Assembly: GCF_963921235.1 (NCBI RefSeq)
Contig: NC_086120.1
Location: forward strand, 8,680,001 to 8,744,000
Direction of reading: 5' to 3'
Length of the DNA stretch: 64,000 nucleotides
Source of the DNA: Mobula hypostoma
Lineage: Eukaryota
The notes beneath the pieces are model-generated. The model ran no database searches, was not told the origin of the DNA, and was given only the letters and a program-made list of their open reading frames with translations. Below, piece by piece: positions 1 to 11,959 of this stretch (its first letter is position 1; each line of letters starts with the position of its first letter). A program made the position numbers and the translations under genes.

Positions 1-279
1 CAATGGTCACACTTGGTGTATAATGTTCAATGTTGTTTGCCCTGCTGTTGGAAAGATATTATTAAACTGGAAAGAATGCAGTTACTGGCAAGATTTACAA
101 GTTGCCAGGACTTAAGGGACTGAGTTATAGGGAGAGGTTAGTCAGGTTGGTGCTGATAACAGACAGGTTATCAGCACCATGAAGGGATAGTATAGGATGA
201 ATGCACTCAGTATTTTTTCAATGTTTTGGGGAATTAAGCACAAGAGTACATAGATTTAAGTTCAGAGGGAACACCTTAC
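1..279 (+). mobile_element. CR1-clade LINE, 3' ORF2 fragment
   Basis: Degenerate match to the CR1 3' region also seen at 10.7-11.3 kb and 47.5-48.0 kb (GGAAAGATATTATTAAACTGGAAAGAATGCA ... TTAAGCACAAGAGTACATAGATTTAAG). Confidence 0.7.
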
Positions 280-1034
280 ATGACCGAGGTGGGGCCCATC
301 ACCAACAGTGCTGAGGCAGCCTACAGAGAGGAATTGGAAGAGGTCGAGACTGTTGCTTGGTGAATAACCTCTTCTGAAATGTCAGCAAGACAAAGAAGAT
401 GATCAATTTCAGCAGAACTCGTACATCTCATTGACACTGGTGGCACAGCAGTGGAAACTGCAAGCAGTTTCAAACTCCTGGGAGACCACATCAAACACTT
501 GGTCCAAGAACACATCCTACGCAGTCACAACCCTCATAAACACCTCTACTTTCTGAAGAGGCAATTGAGAGCTGGACTTTGCACATCCATACTCACGTCA
601 TCCAGCATACCCACCATCAATGACATATACACAGAAAGGTGCCAGAAAAGGGCCAGTAATATCATAAATGATCCCAGCCACCCTCCCCATGGACAGTTTG
701 TCCCGCTCCCATTAGGGAGGAGCTACATGACATCCATACCAACACCACCAGACTCAAAAGCAGTCACTTTCTCCAAGCAGGAAGATGGATCTGTCATAAG
801 GAGGTGGCTGGGAATGGACCCAAGTGCAAGACACAGACACTGAAGTACTAGGGACAGGAGTAGGATACAGGGCGATGGCAAGGACATGGACAGGAAAACC
901 AGGAACCTGGAACAGGACTGGACAAGAGAGCTAGAAGCCCAGGCTTGGAGTCCGAGCCAGAGACTGGACAAGGACCCAGTACCTGGGTCTTGTCTCTGGC
1001 TCGGACCCCAGAACTAGGCAAGGGCGGGGCTTGG

Positions 1035-1280
1035 CAGGCAGGCAGGACGAGGCTGGAGTCTTCAGGCTTGAGGCTAGTGTCTAGAGACTTGAGGCGAGGC
1101 TTGGCAGGAGGCAGGAGGCTGGAGTCTTCAAACTTGAGGCTAGAGGCTAGAGACGAGGCAAGGCTTGGCAGGAGGCAGGAGGCTGGAGTCTTCAGGCTTG
1201 AGGCTAGGCAGGAGGCTGGAGTCTTCAGGCTTAAGGCTAGGCAGGAGGCTGGAGTCTTCAGGCTTGAGGCTAGGCAGGCT
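1035..1280. repeat. 33-nt tandem array inside the solo LTR
   Basis: Unit GGCTAGGCAGGAGGCTGGAGTCTTCAGGCTTGA, repeated with variants. It explains the 11-aa periodic ORFs (GRRLESSGLRL). Confidence 0.85.
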
Positions 1281-1465
1281 CCTCCTGGGCAGAGTGCGGT
1301 TCACCTGGGCAGGGCGCAGATCACCACCCGACAGAGGCAAAGGACAGGAAGGGACAGAACCAACCGCAGGTAACGGCAAGACGGTCTGGCTTAACTGGGT
1401 GGTGGCAAGGGACAGGAAGGGAGCTAGGTACAGGGTGGCTCCAGGACAAGACTGCAGGCGAGATG

Positions 1466-1630
1466 AGGCGAGAGTTACCAGCAAGACAAGGCAAGGCTTC
1501 AGGCAATGCAAGGCGAGACGAGAACTTCAGGTGAGGCAAGAGTTACTGGCAAGACAAGGCAAGGCTTCTGGCAAACCAAGGCGAGACGAGAACTTCAGGT
1601 GAGGCGAGAGTTACCAGCAAGACAAGGCCG
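1466..1630. repeat. 68-nt tandem array (about 2.4 copies) inside the solo LTR
   Basis: AGGCGAGAGTTACCAGCAAGACAAGGC... recurs at 1466, 1534 and 1602. Confidence 0.8.
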
Positions 1631-2769
1631 GGCTTCAGGCAAGGAAACAGAAGGCAGAGGAAGGGATACAAGGAGTAAGGACAAGAACAATCCAGCAGCC
1701 ACGCACTGGTCTTTGAAGGTATTTATGCAGCCTGCCCAAACGAGCATCAGCTGCCTCAATTAAAGCTCAACAAGAATAGAAACAGGGTAGACAGTAAAAC
1801 CTGGAGCAAGGGTCAATGGACCGGACCGTGAACCGGAATACGGACTTCACGGACCGGACCATGACAGGATCAACCCCTCTATCCACTGAATCAACCACTA
1901 CTTTATTATTTCTTGTCAGTCACCTTATGTACAGCCTGGTATCACTTTATTGACAGACAATCAATCAATCAATGTATATAAGCTATCTTACGTATTTATA
2001 CTAATTGTGATTTTCAATTATTATTACTGTGTTATTTATCTTATGAGGGGCACTTGTGCTGCATCAGATCCAGAGTAACAATTCTTGTGTTTGCCTTTAC
2101 ACTTGTGTACAGGAAATGATACTAAACAATCTTGAATCATGAATCTTTAAACTTGAGAGGTAACCTTTTTTACACACAAAGTATGGCATCTTCCTGAAAT
2201 GCACTGTCAGAGGAAGGGGTTGATACATGTACACCAACGAATTTTAAAAGACAGTTGGACAGGAAAATGGATTGGAAATGTTTAGAATGTAAAGGACCGA
2301 ACAATGTCAACTGGGACAAACTTGGATGGAGATCTTGGTTGGCATGGACCAGTTAGGACAAAGAGTCAGATACTGTGTTGTATAACTTGGTGAACTTTAT
2401 ATATCCAGGATACCTCATCTTCGACATTTTGATGTCTTCCAACTGCCTGGTCCCGACTGGCATTTTGGTACCATGGATCTTCTCGTTCACATGATACTGA
2501 AGTAACCATATACAGTACGCAACATGGCTATGAAAACAGATCAGATGATGGAATCCTCGAGCGAGTAACACACCTCCTAACTCATCAAATCCTGTACCCC
2601 ACTGACAAGGCTCAAGTCAGTAGTGTGATGGAATGCTCTCCAGTTGTCTGGATGAAGACAGCTTCAACAGCACTCCAGAAGCTCAAACCAATAAATATTC
2701 ACAAGCGCCCAGCTATGCCTGTCTTATTGTTGGTTATGTGGATCAGTCCTCAGTCCAAACCTACTCATG

Positions 2770-4690
2770 CATCCCTCCCCAACTTTTTTCCATTACATTG
2801 ACAAATGCGTCAATACTATATCCTGATTTCCTGCAGAACTTGTCAATTTCACCATCTTTGCTGTATCTAATTATCTGTTATACCCTGGCAGCAATTCTGG
2901 TATAAGAAAGTAATAACTAAAGTCACACACTGATCTACAATTTATGAGACACTGATTTTTTTTTTGCCCTGGAGGCCTCTGTAAAATCATTCTGTAACAA
3001 GGAACTAATTCTAAATGCTGCAGTCTCCTCTTTTGTTTTTTCCATGGGAACTGATTAACACTTGCACTGAAAACTCCTTATATTTGTTTGTGTCTGTTTA
3101 TTTGGAAACTTAACAATCATGTGTTGCTGCTTAGCTTGTGATACCAAATTATCTGCACCAGTAAACTTCATTGAAATATTCGAGTCACTTGAACTACTAC
3201 ACATTTATAGGACCTTGTTAGGTGACAGAGATGTTAGGGATAGATCTGTAAAAGCTTCCTCTTAGAAGGAAACATCACAATAATGACAAAGGTTCCTAGC
3301 TATCATCTTCCCACCAAGCCTTCCTTCTATTTTTGCTTCCTTTGGATCTTAAAATTCTCCACAAGGTTCACTGTCTGAGTGTCTCTGTCCATGAGAATCC
3401 CTTTACTAGTCTTCTCTTCTTCATGTAGCTTTCCAATAGATAAGTTAGATACCTTGAAGGTCCTGTTGCACACCTCGATTAAACCATAGAGGAGATGAAG
3501 CTGCTGAGAGAATGGTGGATCTCTGGCTATGTTCCAGGAAAACAAACAACCATTGAAGTTTCATCATTAATGACTGTGAATCACTCTCCTTGAGTAGCAT
3601 AACAGCATGCCTGAAGTCAGAAAACATGAAAAGGACCTGAATGACACTCTTCATATGGTAGGTATTGCCAAGATCAGCGAGTTCTATCTTTCCTGAATCA
3701 GATCTTGCAGCAAGTCCAGAGTGCCAAGCTTCCAATGTACTGCTTTGTGATATTCACACATTCTGACAGAGCAGATCTTTTGCTTTTCCTCATTTGGAAT
3801 TGGAAAATCCTTTAGTGCTTGTATGACAGATTCATGTAGGTCAGGGAAGGCTGAAACGCAGGAGATCATGCAGTGCACAAATTCAGATATTTGTTGTCAA
3901 CAGCATATAGTAGAGTTGGACTCTTCGTTGGAGGGTGATATCAATAATTTGGAAATGTGAGGAACAAGCTCACATGGAATGCTTCTGAGGAATGTTGCAA
4001 ATTCAAAAGCATATCAAGACTATGAACCATAGAAATGTACAGTACATTTCAGACCACAATGTTGTGCGGATCATGTACCCTTTTCAAGAAACTGCCTTGA
4101 ATTTCGGCATAGCCCTCTGTCTTTCTAAGCTCCATGTACCTATCTGAGAGTATCTTGAAAGACCCTATTGTATCCACCTCTACCATTGTCACTGGCAGTA
4201 CATTCCACACACCCACCACTCTCTATATAAAAAACTTGCCTCTGACTTCCCTGTTGTACCTATTTCCAAGCACCTTGCTCCTGAGTGTTAGCCATTTCAG
4301 CCCTGGGAAAAGCCCAGCAAGTTATTTCAGCACAGCAGGTGCTCCTGCTCTTACAACTGGGTAAAAGAGCCTTGATAACACCCAATGAATTATTGAAACC
4401 GTGACGTCAATCAAAATGCTGAACTTTTTCACAGCAGCCAAACATTTCAGTAAGCTATTTATCAACTTATCAATGTTATTAGCAAAAGGTCATCAAAACC
4501 AATCAGTCATATTGATCAAAACTGTCACCAATTCCATATCCATTATGAAATCATCATTAATCAAGTTTTCAGTGATTTCCAATGGCATATACTGAACCTC
4601 AGTGGTCAATGCATTTGATGATCCACCAAATACATCCACATCAATCTGGAACTGTGTGTCACACAACAGAATCAGCTCGGCTGCTTGGAA
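2770..4690 (-). pseudogene. USP35: Processed (intronless) pseudogene of ubiquitin-specific protease USP35, with stops and frameshifts, interrupted by a CR1 fragment at 4014-4322
   Basis: Collinear minus-strand translation: NLINDD..MTDW..NIDKLINSLLKCLAAVKKFSILIDVT..LFYPVVRAGAPAVLK/YMLLNLQHSSEAFH..FVHCM..FPDLHESVIQALKDFPIPNEE..SDSGKIELADLGNTYHMKSVIQVLFMFSDFRH..SQSLMMKLQWLFVFLEHSQR..QQD..LHEEEKT..GGKM..EEAFTDLSL..YYFLIPE. This matches USP35 as I recall it (LAAVKKFSILI, KLQWLFGFLEHSQR) better than its paralog USP38. Confidence 0.88.
4014..4322 (-). mobile_element. CR1 3'-end fragment inserted in the USP35 retrocopy
   Basis: (CATAGAA)-type tail at 4014-4035. Removing 4014-4322 rejoins CTG AAA TA|T ATG CTT TTG = L-K-Y-M-L-L. 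Confidence 0.8.
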
Positions 4691-4699
4691 CCAGGGGAA

Positions 4700-5195
4700 G
4701 GTGTCTCAGAACCTCTAGGAAGGCATTGGTCCCAGCACTGGGTCGAGCAATGGTGCCAAAACACCAGTCAATCCGATTTTAATGAAGTTGTAAGCATGGA
4801 TAACCAAGGATTCAGGGAATGTCTAGAGAATGAATAAGATGGAAACAAATAGTCTCCTTGTGACTTCCAATAGTCAACTTGAGAGCAACAGAAAGATAAA
4901 AGATTTGTCCAGCTTCCGAAGGTCATACAGGGCCGCAGCAGACATAGGATGGTTGAGGTGTTTCTCAGGAAATTGGATTTTGTCTACCAGTCTGATGTCC
5001 AAAAAATTCCCTGCTGAGCCAGAGACTACCAAGGCTCTCACAGAATGCTTATGACCCCAAAATAATAGGGATGGTAAAACAACTCTGGCACACAATGAAG
5101 TGGGAGAGAGTCTTGAGACTAACTATTACAGTCCCCACCTCACTGGATGGTCCTTGGAGTTTTCCCAACAGCTCAGAGCAGGTGACTTATTAAGT
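4700..5195 (-). mobile_element. Sushi-type Ty3/Gypsy relic A, protease region
   Basis: ORF 4874-5095: VRALVVSGSAGNFLDIRL, a decayed ALIDSGA.GNF.D aspartic protease motif. Homologous to 51.5-51.8 kb and 62.7-63.0 kb. Confidence 0.75.
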
Positions 5196-7362
5196 ACATC
5201 TGCTATCTCCTCCATTTCCATACACACTTTTCCATTGTCACACTTGATTTGTCCTATTCTCTCAAGTCTTATTCTCTTGTTCTTCACATACTTGTAGAAT
5301 GCTTTGGGATTTTCCTTAATTCTGGCTGCCAAGGCCTTCTCATGGCCCCTTCTGGCTCTCCCAATTTCTTTCTTCAGCTGCTTCCTGCTCACCTTATAAT
5401 CTTCCAGGTATCTTTCATTACCTCATTTTTTAAACCTTTCATAAGCTCTGTTTTTCTTCTTGACTAGATTTACAACAGCCTTTGTACACTCCAGTCCTTG
5501 TACCCTACCATCCTTTCCCTGTCTCATTGAAATGTGCCTATACAGAACTTCACACAAATATCCCCTGAACATATGCCACATTTCTTCCATATATTTCCCT
5601 GAGAACATCTGTTCCCAATTTATGCTTCCAAGTTCCTGCCTGATAGCCTCATATTTCCACTTACTCCAATTAAACGGTTTCTTAACTTGTCTGTTCCTAT
5701 CCCTCTCCAATGCTATGGTAAATGAGATAGAATTGTGATCACTATCTCCAAAATGCTCTCCCACTGAGAGATCTGACATCTGACCAGGTTCATTTCCCTA
5801 TACCAGATCAAGTATAGCCTCTCCTCTCGTAGGCATATCTGCATACTGTGTCAAAAAACCTTCTTCAACACACCTAACAAACTCCACCCCATCTAAACCC
5901 CTCACTCCAGGGACATGTCAATCGATATTTGAGAAATTTAAACTCCCCATCACGACAACCCTGTTGTTATTACACCTGTCTCCCTATCTGCTCCTCGATG
6001 TCCCTGTTACTGTAAAGTTATAGACCACTTCCTGTTCCTAACTTCTACCCACAGAGACTCCATGTCTTCCTCCTATTTTGCAGCCGTGACACTATCTCTG
6101 ACCAATAGTGCCACACCCCCACCTCTTTTGCCTCCCACCCTGTCCTTTCTGAAACATCTAAAGCCTGGTGCTCAAAGTCACCATTCCTGCCCCTGTACCA
6201 CCTAAGTCTCTGTTATGGCTACAACACCAGAGCTCCAAGTACTGATCCACGGTTTAAGCTCATCTGCTTTGTTCATAATACTCCATGCTATTAAAATAGA
6301 CACACCTGAAACCATCGGCCTGTGCACGTCACTTCTCTATGACATGCCTATCCTCCCTCTCGCACTGTCTCCAAGCTTTCTCTATTTGTTAGCCAACTGC
6401 CTCTTCCTTTGTCTCTTCAGTTTGGTTCCCACGCTGCAACAATTCCAGTTTAAACTCTCCCCTATAGACTTTGCAAACCTCCCCACCAGGATATTGGTCC
6501 CCCTCAGATTCAAGTGCACCCCGTCCTTTTTGTACAGATCACTCCTGCCCCAAAAGGGGTCCCAGTGATCCAGAAATTGGAATCCCTGTCCCCTGCACCA
6601 GCCCCTGAGCCGCGCATTTACCCTCCACCTCACTCTATTCCTATTCTCATTGTCATGTTGCACAGTCAGTAATTCTGAGATGATGACCTTTGTGGTCCTG
6701 CCTCTCAACTTCCTTCCTAGTTCCCTGTAGCCTGCTTTCAGGACCTCCTCCCTTTTCCTGCCTACGTCATTGGTACCAATATGTACCACAACCTCTGACT
6801 GTTCACCTTCTCACTTCAGGATATCGTGGACGCGATCAGAAACGTCCTGGACCCTGGCACTTGGAAGGCAAACTATCATCCAAGTTTCTTTCTTGCGTCC
6901 ACAGAGTCACCTGTCTGACCTCCTAATTATAGAGTCCCCTGTCACTGCTGCCATCCTCTTCCTTTCCCTACCCTTCTGAGCCACAGTACCAGACTCTGTG
7001 CCGAGGGTGCAGACCCTGTTGCTTCCCTCAGGTAGGCCGTCACCCCCAACAGTACTCAAGCAGGAGTACTTATTGTTAAGGGTTACTGACACAGGGGTGC
7101 TCTCTAGCCTCTGACTCCTGCCCTTCCCTCTCCCAACTGTTACCCACTTATCTGTCTGCCCAGGCCTGCTGTGACTAGCTGCCTCTATCACCTTCTCACT
7201 CTCCCTGACCAGACAAAAGTCATTGAACTGCATCTCCAGTTCCCTAACATGGCCCTTAAGGAGCTGCAACTCGACCACCTGGCACAGATGTAGCCATTCT
7301 GGAGGCCGGGAGTCTCCCGGACTTCCCACATCTGACACCGAGCACACAACACCAGCCTCACA
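5196..7362 (-). mobile_element. CR1 LINE 5' part: ORF1 (zinc finger + SGNH esterase) and APE endonuclease; RT and 3' end missing
   Basis: ORF 6382-6789 VHIGTNDVG..LDHWD.FWGR.DLYKKDG.HLN (SGNH esterase). ORF 6907-7434 HLCQVVELQLL. ORF 5423-5779 VGEHFGDSDHNSISF (endonuclease C-terminus). Confidence 0.85.
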
Positions 7363-9170
7363 CACTGTCTCCAAAATGCTCTCCCACTGAGAGTTCTGAC
7401 ACCTGATGTGGTTCATTTCCCAATACCAGATCAAGCACAGCCACTACTCTTGTAGGGTTATCTGCATATTGTGTCAAGAAACCTTCTTGAACACACCTAA
7501 CAAACTCCACCCTGTCTAAATCCCTCACTCTAGGGACGTGCCAATCGATATTTGGGAAATTAAAATCTTCCACCATCACAACCCCGTTATTAATACACCT
7601 TTCCAGAATCTGTCTCCCTATCTGCCCCTCAACATTCCTGTCACTATTGGGTGGTCTATAAAAAACACCCAATGGAGTTATTGACCCCTTCCTGTTCCTG
7701 ACTTCCACCCACAGAGACTCCATAGACAATCCCTCCATGCTTTTCTCCTTTTCTGCAACCGTGACACTATCTCTGATCAACAGTGCCACAACCCCCACCT
7801 CTTTTGCCTCCCTCCCTGTCCTTCCTGAAACATCTAAAGCCTGGCACTCGAAGTAACCATTCCTGCCCCTGAGCCATCCAAGCCTCTGTAATGGCCAGAA
7901 CATCATAGCTCCAAGTACTGATCCACGATCTAAGTACATCACTTTATTCCTAATACTCCTTGCATTAAGAGAGACACGTTTCAAACCAATGGTATGAACG
8001 CATCCAGGCTTTCTCTATTTGGGAGCCAACTGCCTCTTCCACCGTCTCTTCAGTTTGGTTCCCACCCCCTAGTAATCCTAGTTTAAACTCTCTCCAGTAG
8101 CCTTAGCAAACCTACCCACCAGGATATTGGTCCCCCTGGGATTCAAGTGTAAACCGTCCTTTTTGTACAGGTTATTCCTGCCCCAAAAGAGGTCCCAATG
8201 ATCCAGAAATCTGAATACCTGCCCCCTGCTCCAATTCCTCAACCACAAATTTATCATCCACCTCACTCTATTCCTATACTGACTGTCACATGGCACAGGT
8301 AGTAACCCTGAGATGACTACCTTTGAGGTCCTGCTTCTCAACTTCCTTCCTAACTCCCTTAGTCTGCTTTCAGGATCTCCTCCCTTTTCCTATGTCATTG
8401 GTACCATACCAATATGTACCACAACCTCTGACTGTTCATCTTCCCACTTCAGGATATCATGGATACTATCAGAAACATCCCAGACCCTGGCACCTGGGAG
8501 GCAAACTACCATCCGTGTTTCTTTCCTGCGTCCACAGAATCACCTGTCTGACCCCTTAACTATGGAGTCCACTATCACTGCTGCCATCCTCTTCCTTTCC
8601 CTACCTTTCTTGCCACAGGGCCAGAGTCCCCCAGGTAGACCAGCCGCCCCACAGTACTCAAGCAGGAGTACTTATTGTTGAGGGGTACAGCCACAGGGGT
8701 ACTCTCTGGAATCTGACTCCTGCTCTTCCCTCTCCTGACTGTTAGCCACTTATCTGTCTCCCCAGGCCCCGTTGTGACTACCTGCCTATAGCTCCTCTCT
8801 ATCACCTCCTCACTCTCCCTGACCAGATGATGGTCATCGAGCTGCATCTCCATTTCCATAATATGGTCCCTAAGGAGCTGCAGTTTGAAGCACCTGGCGC
8901 AGATGTGGTGGTCCGGGAGGCTGGAAGTCTCCTGGACCTCCCACATCTGACACCCAGCACCGAACACCGGTCTCAGACACATACTTCTTGTCTGTAATCT
9001 GCACAGATAACCTACCTCGCCTCAACCTATTATCACCGAAGCCCCATTGAGCCAAAGCCTTCCTACGCTGTCTCCCTCTCCTCCGACACCCTCTCAAAAA
9101 ACCTGTCTCCTTTTAAACTCTTCTCGCTGTTCTGCATGTGCTTGTGCAGTCATGCCCTGATCATCACATC
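7363..9170 (-). mobile_element. Second CR1 LINE 5' part in tandem (ORF1 + endonuclease)
   Basis: ORF 7358-7984 (SLNARSIRNK..ESLWVEVRN..VFYRPPNS..DFNFPNIDW..LDLVLGN). ORFs 8078-8341 and 8575-8982 repeat the ORF1 seen at 6.4-7.3 kb. Confidence 0.85.
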
Positions 9171-9174
9171 ACAC

Positions 9175-9830
9175 CTTTCTTCTTCCAGAAATATGGTTGT
9201 CAATTCTCATGGCCGTGTCCATAAATTCCTCCAAATACTCAAACTCATCTCTGGTTGCAAGAACATCTTAGTGCTGGTCATTTAATCCCTGTCTGAACAG
9301 AGCAATCAAATTCTCATTGTCCCAACCATTCTCTGCCACTAGGATACGGAAATCAATGGAATAGTCGTCCACGGATCGCACACCCTGATGCAGCTGGAGA
9401 AGTCAGCTGGGTGTCTCCAAGCCCCCGGCATGTTGATAAAATGCACCCGCACCCCACTCTTAGAAAGAAATTTGTATCAGAACACACAGTAGCATCTTCC
9501 TGCCATAAAGCTATTGCCCATGAAAGAGCCTGGCCAAGAGGAGGGAAACTATCTCGGCCACCTTACTCCTGTCTGAGAGAACCTTTCAGGTTGTAATTCA
9601 AAGACAAGGGAGCATTAATTAAAGAACCCATGGTAAGAATCAGGGTCCCTATAGTATTGCTCCAGAGCCAGCAGATTAATTGACTCTCCATGGGAGTTCT
9701 GGAGACACGTAGCAGGACACACAGTGAATGCACAAAACCAGAGTCCTTCTAAAATGAAGATACAGATATTTTCCGAAGAAGCTGCTCATGCCATCCAACT
9801 GCCGATCCTTGGCAGGCCAGTGCCGTGCAA
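9175..9830 (-). mobile_element. Sushi-type Ty3/Gypsy relic A, gag region
   Basis: Minus translation LEQYYRDPDSYHGFFN*CSLVFELQPERF..SKVAEIVSLL..ALSWAIALW (PEG10/RTL-like gag). DNA is homologous to 52.0-53.3 kb. Confidence 0.75.
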
Positions 9831-10699
9831 AGTTAATCAATCTCTGCTAGGTTCATCTCACACACCTGTCTACTAATTCTATTTATTTTTGTTTACTTAG
9901 ACATACCGCATGGAAATGGCCCTCCCAGACCTTCGCACCGCACCTCCCAGCAACCACTGATTTAAACCTAACCTGAATTAACTATAAAAAAAATCATCTA
10001 CAGTCTCAGCAGGAAATGAGCCGTTATTTTAAGGCAAGGGGCTGGCCCGAACTTGGCCAAGACGTTACTATCTGCCTTTTATATGACAATACCCAAATAT
10101 CATAGTTTCTGTTCTACCCTTCATTACTTGAAGAATCGATCAGGCACTAGCAGTTTAAAGGGACATTATCTTTGATGCTCTCCTTGAATTGTCACATTCA
10201 GAACAAGAATTGCTTCAGAAATTCTGTCATGTTGGTTGTCTGAGTAACTTTCCTCTCAGGTTTATTCACTGAAGTTGGAAGGAAATGTTAATCAGAGCTG
10301 ATGGGTTTAATTGGGTGGTGGTGAGTTCACTCCCATTACATTTTCTGAGCCTGTTTCCCTTTCTATTGCAATCAAAAGAACAGAGAAATGAAGCGATGCT
10401 GTGTTTTCTCCATGCCGAGACCTCATCAGTGTTGGGTTTGGCTGGTGCTGCTCCCAGAACCCCTGCTGTGCTCATCATTCAACTGGAGTAGATGCCCTGG
10501 CTTGACAGTGAAGGAGGTTCAGGGATATGCTGGGCTGTGAGGTTACAGCTTATGGTGGTGGACAATTCTGCTGATGCTGATAGTCCAGAGAGCCTCAGAG
10601 ATGCCCCGTACTGAGCTGTCAGCTGTTCTGGATTTATTCTCTGTAACATGTCTGTTATGCCATACAACATCATACAATAGAGAGAGTCCTCGATGTAGA

Positions 10700-11330
10700 C
10701 AAGGGATTTGTCCCCATAAGGATGCAATGTTGAGGCTTTATAAAGCACTGGTAAGGCCTCACTTGGAGTATTGTAAGCAGTTTTGGGGGCCCTTAGCTAA
10801 GAAAGGATGTGCTGAAACTAAAGAGGGTTCGACAAAGGTTCATGAAAGTGATTCTGGGAATGAAAAATGTGTTATTGGAAGAGTGTTTGATGGCTCTGGG
10901 CCTGTACTCACAGGAATTCAAAAGAATGAGCGTTGTCCTCATTGAAACCTATCAGATGTTGAAAGGGTTTAATAGAGTGGATGAGGAGAGGATGTTTCCC
11001 ATGATGGAGGGCCTATGACCAAGGGACACATCCTCAGAATAGAGGAGCATTCTGTTAGAATGCACATGAGGAGGAACTTGTAGCTAGAGAGTGGTGAATC
11101 TATGGAATTTGTTGCCACAGGTGGCTGTAGAGGCCAAGTCATTGGGTATATTTTGAGGGAGAGATTCATAGATTCTTGTATAGTCAGGGAATGACGGGAT
11201 ATGAGAGAATGCAGGAGATTGGGGCTGAGAGGGATAATGGATCAGCCATGACAAAATGGCAGAGCAGACTTAATGGGCCAAATGACCTAAATCAGTTCCT
11301 ATATCTATAGTCTTATAATATCTAAACCTT
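10700..11330 (+). mobile_element. CR1 LINE 3' end
   Basis: LRLYKALVRPHLEYC.QFW..LK.VQRRF..LGLYS.EF motif, followed by the CR1 3' UTR and a TCTATAGTCTTAT tail. Confidence 0.85.
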
Positions 11331-11959
11331 AAGTACTCTCCACTGACTGGTTTGATAACAGTCCCAATAACTCAAAAGAAGCTCAGTGTCATCCTGGACA
11401 CAGTAGCCCTCTTGATCACACTTCCCGGAATAACTCCTCGAGACATTCACTCATTCCACTACTGTCCACAGTGGCTGCAGGGTGGAAAATCTCAAGTTAT
11501 ATACTCAGCTCCTCCGACTGTACCTCCCAAACAGTGGCCAAGGTCACCAGGAAGGACAAGTGCAGGGGATGTAGAAGATTACCAGCTCCTCAGGCCCCCT
11601 CTGAAACTGGCATCCTGGCCTGAATGTATCACCAGTCTTTCAATTGACCTGCTGGAAAACCCTCCCCAACGTCACTGTGAGAGCACCTTCCTCAGAAGGT
11701 TGGCAGTGAGTCCAGTCCATGAGGGATGGGTAATTGATATTGGCCTTGGCAGTGATGCCCAAATCCCAGGAATGCATTTTAAATATTCAAGAAATCTGCA
11801 TAGAGCAGATGATAATTTACTGAATCATATTTTCAATTGTTCACAGATTTTCTGTCCTAAAGCTTTGATCTTCTCATACTGAAAATTTGATGATTTTTTT
11901 CTCAGAATATAAATATTGAGAATGGAGGGAGCTACGAGAGAATTAATAGACTTGAAAAT

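Larger units (their letters stand above)
792..1866 (-). mobile_element. Solo LTR (Gypsy-type), 1075 bp
   Basis: Termini TGTCAT...ATGACA with a perfect 5-bp target duplication GGATC (787-791 and 1867-1871). Its start resembles the LTR start at 53281 next to a minus-strand Sushi-type gag, so the strand is inferred from that. Confidence 0.85.
290..2150 (+). mobile_element. Rex1/Babar-type LINE 3' fragment, split by the solo LTR at 792-1866
   Basis: ORF 451-843 carries ASSFKLLGDHI and the RASNIINDPSHP.H..F..LP.GR.Y motif typical of Rex1 RT C-termini. The 3' UTR resumes after 1871 with (CAAT)n and a TCTTGAATC-type tail. Confidence 0.7.

Noticed and set aside
945-1763. Cluster of 70-145 aa ORFs with periodic sequence; superficially CRISPR-like repeats
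   Set aside because: Products of the GC-rich 33-nt and 68-nt tandem arrays in a solo LTR. There are no unique spacers and no cas genes.
4830-5054. MNKME..SNSQLES ORF 'conserved' with 62682-62957
   Set aside because: It is the antisense shadow of the Gypsy protease region shared by relics A and C.
10398-10432. Hammerhead-like CTGATGA..GAAA on the minus strand (and a similar one on + near 41910)
   Set aside because: No closing stem II pair and no NUH triplet with stem I/III pairing.
10266-10748. Two in-frame minus-strand ORFs (..ISCNLTAQHIPEPP..) followed by AATAAA; exon-like
   Set aside because: No recognisable domain or Ig-fold spacing, and the 5' part runs into a CR1. Left unassigned; a BLASTx would settle it.
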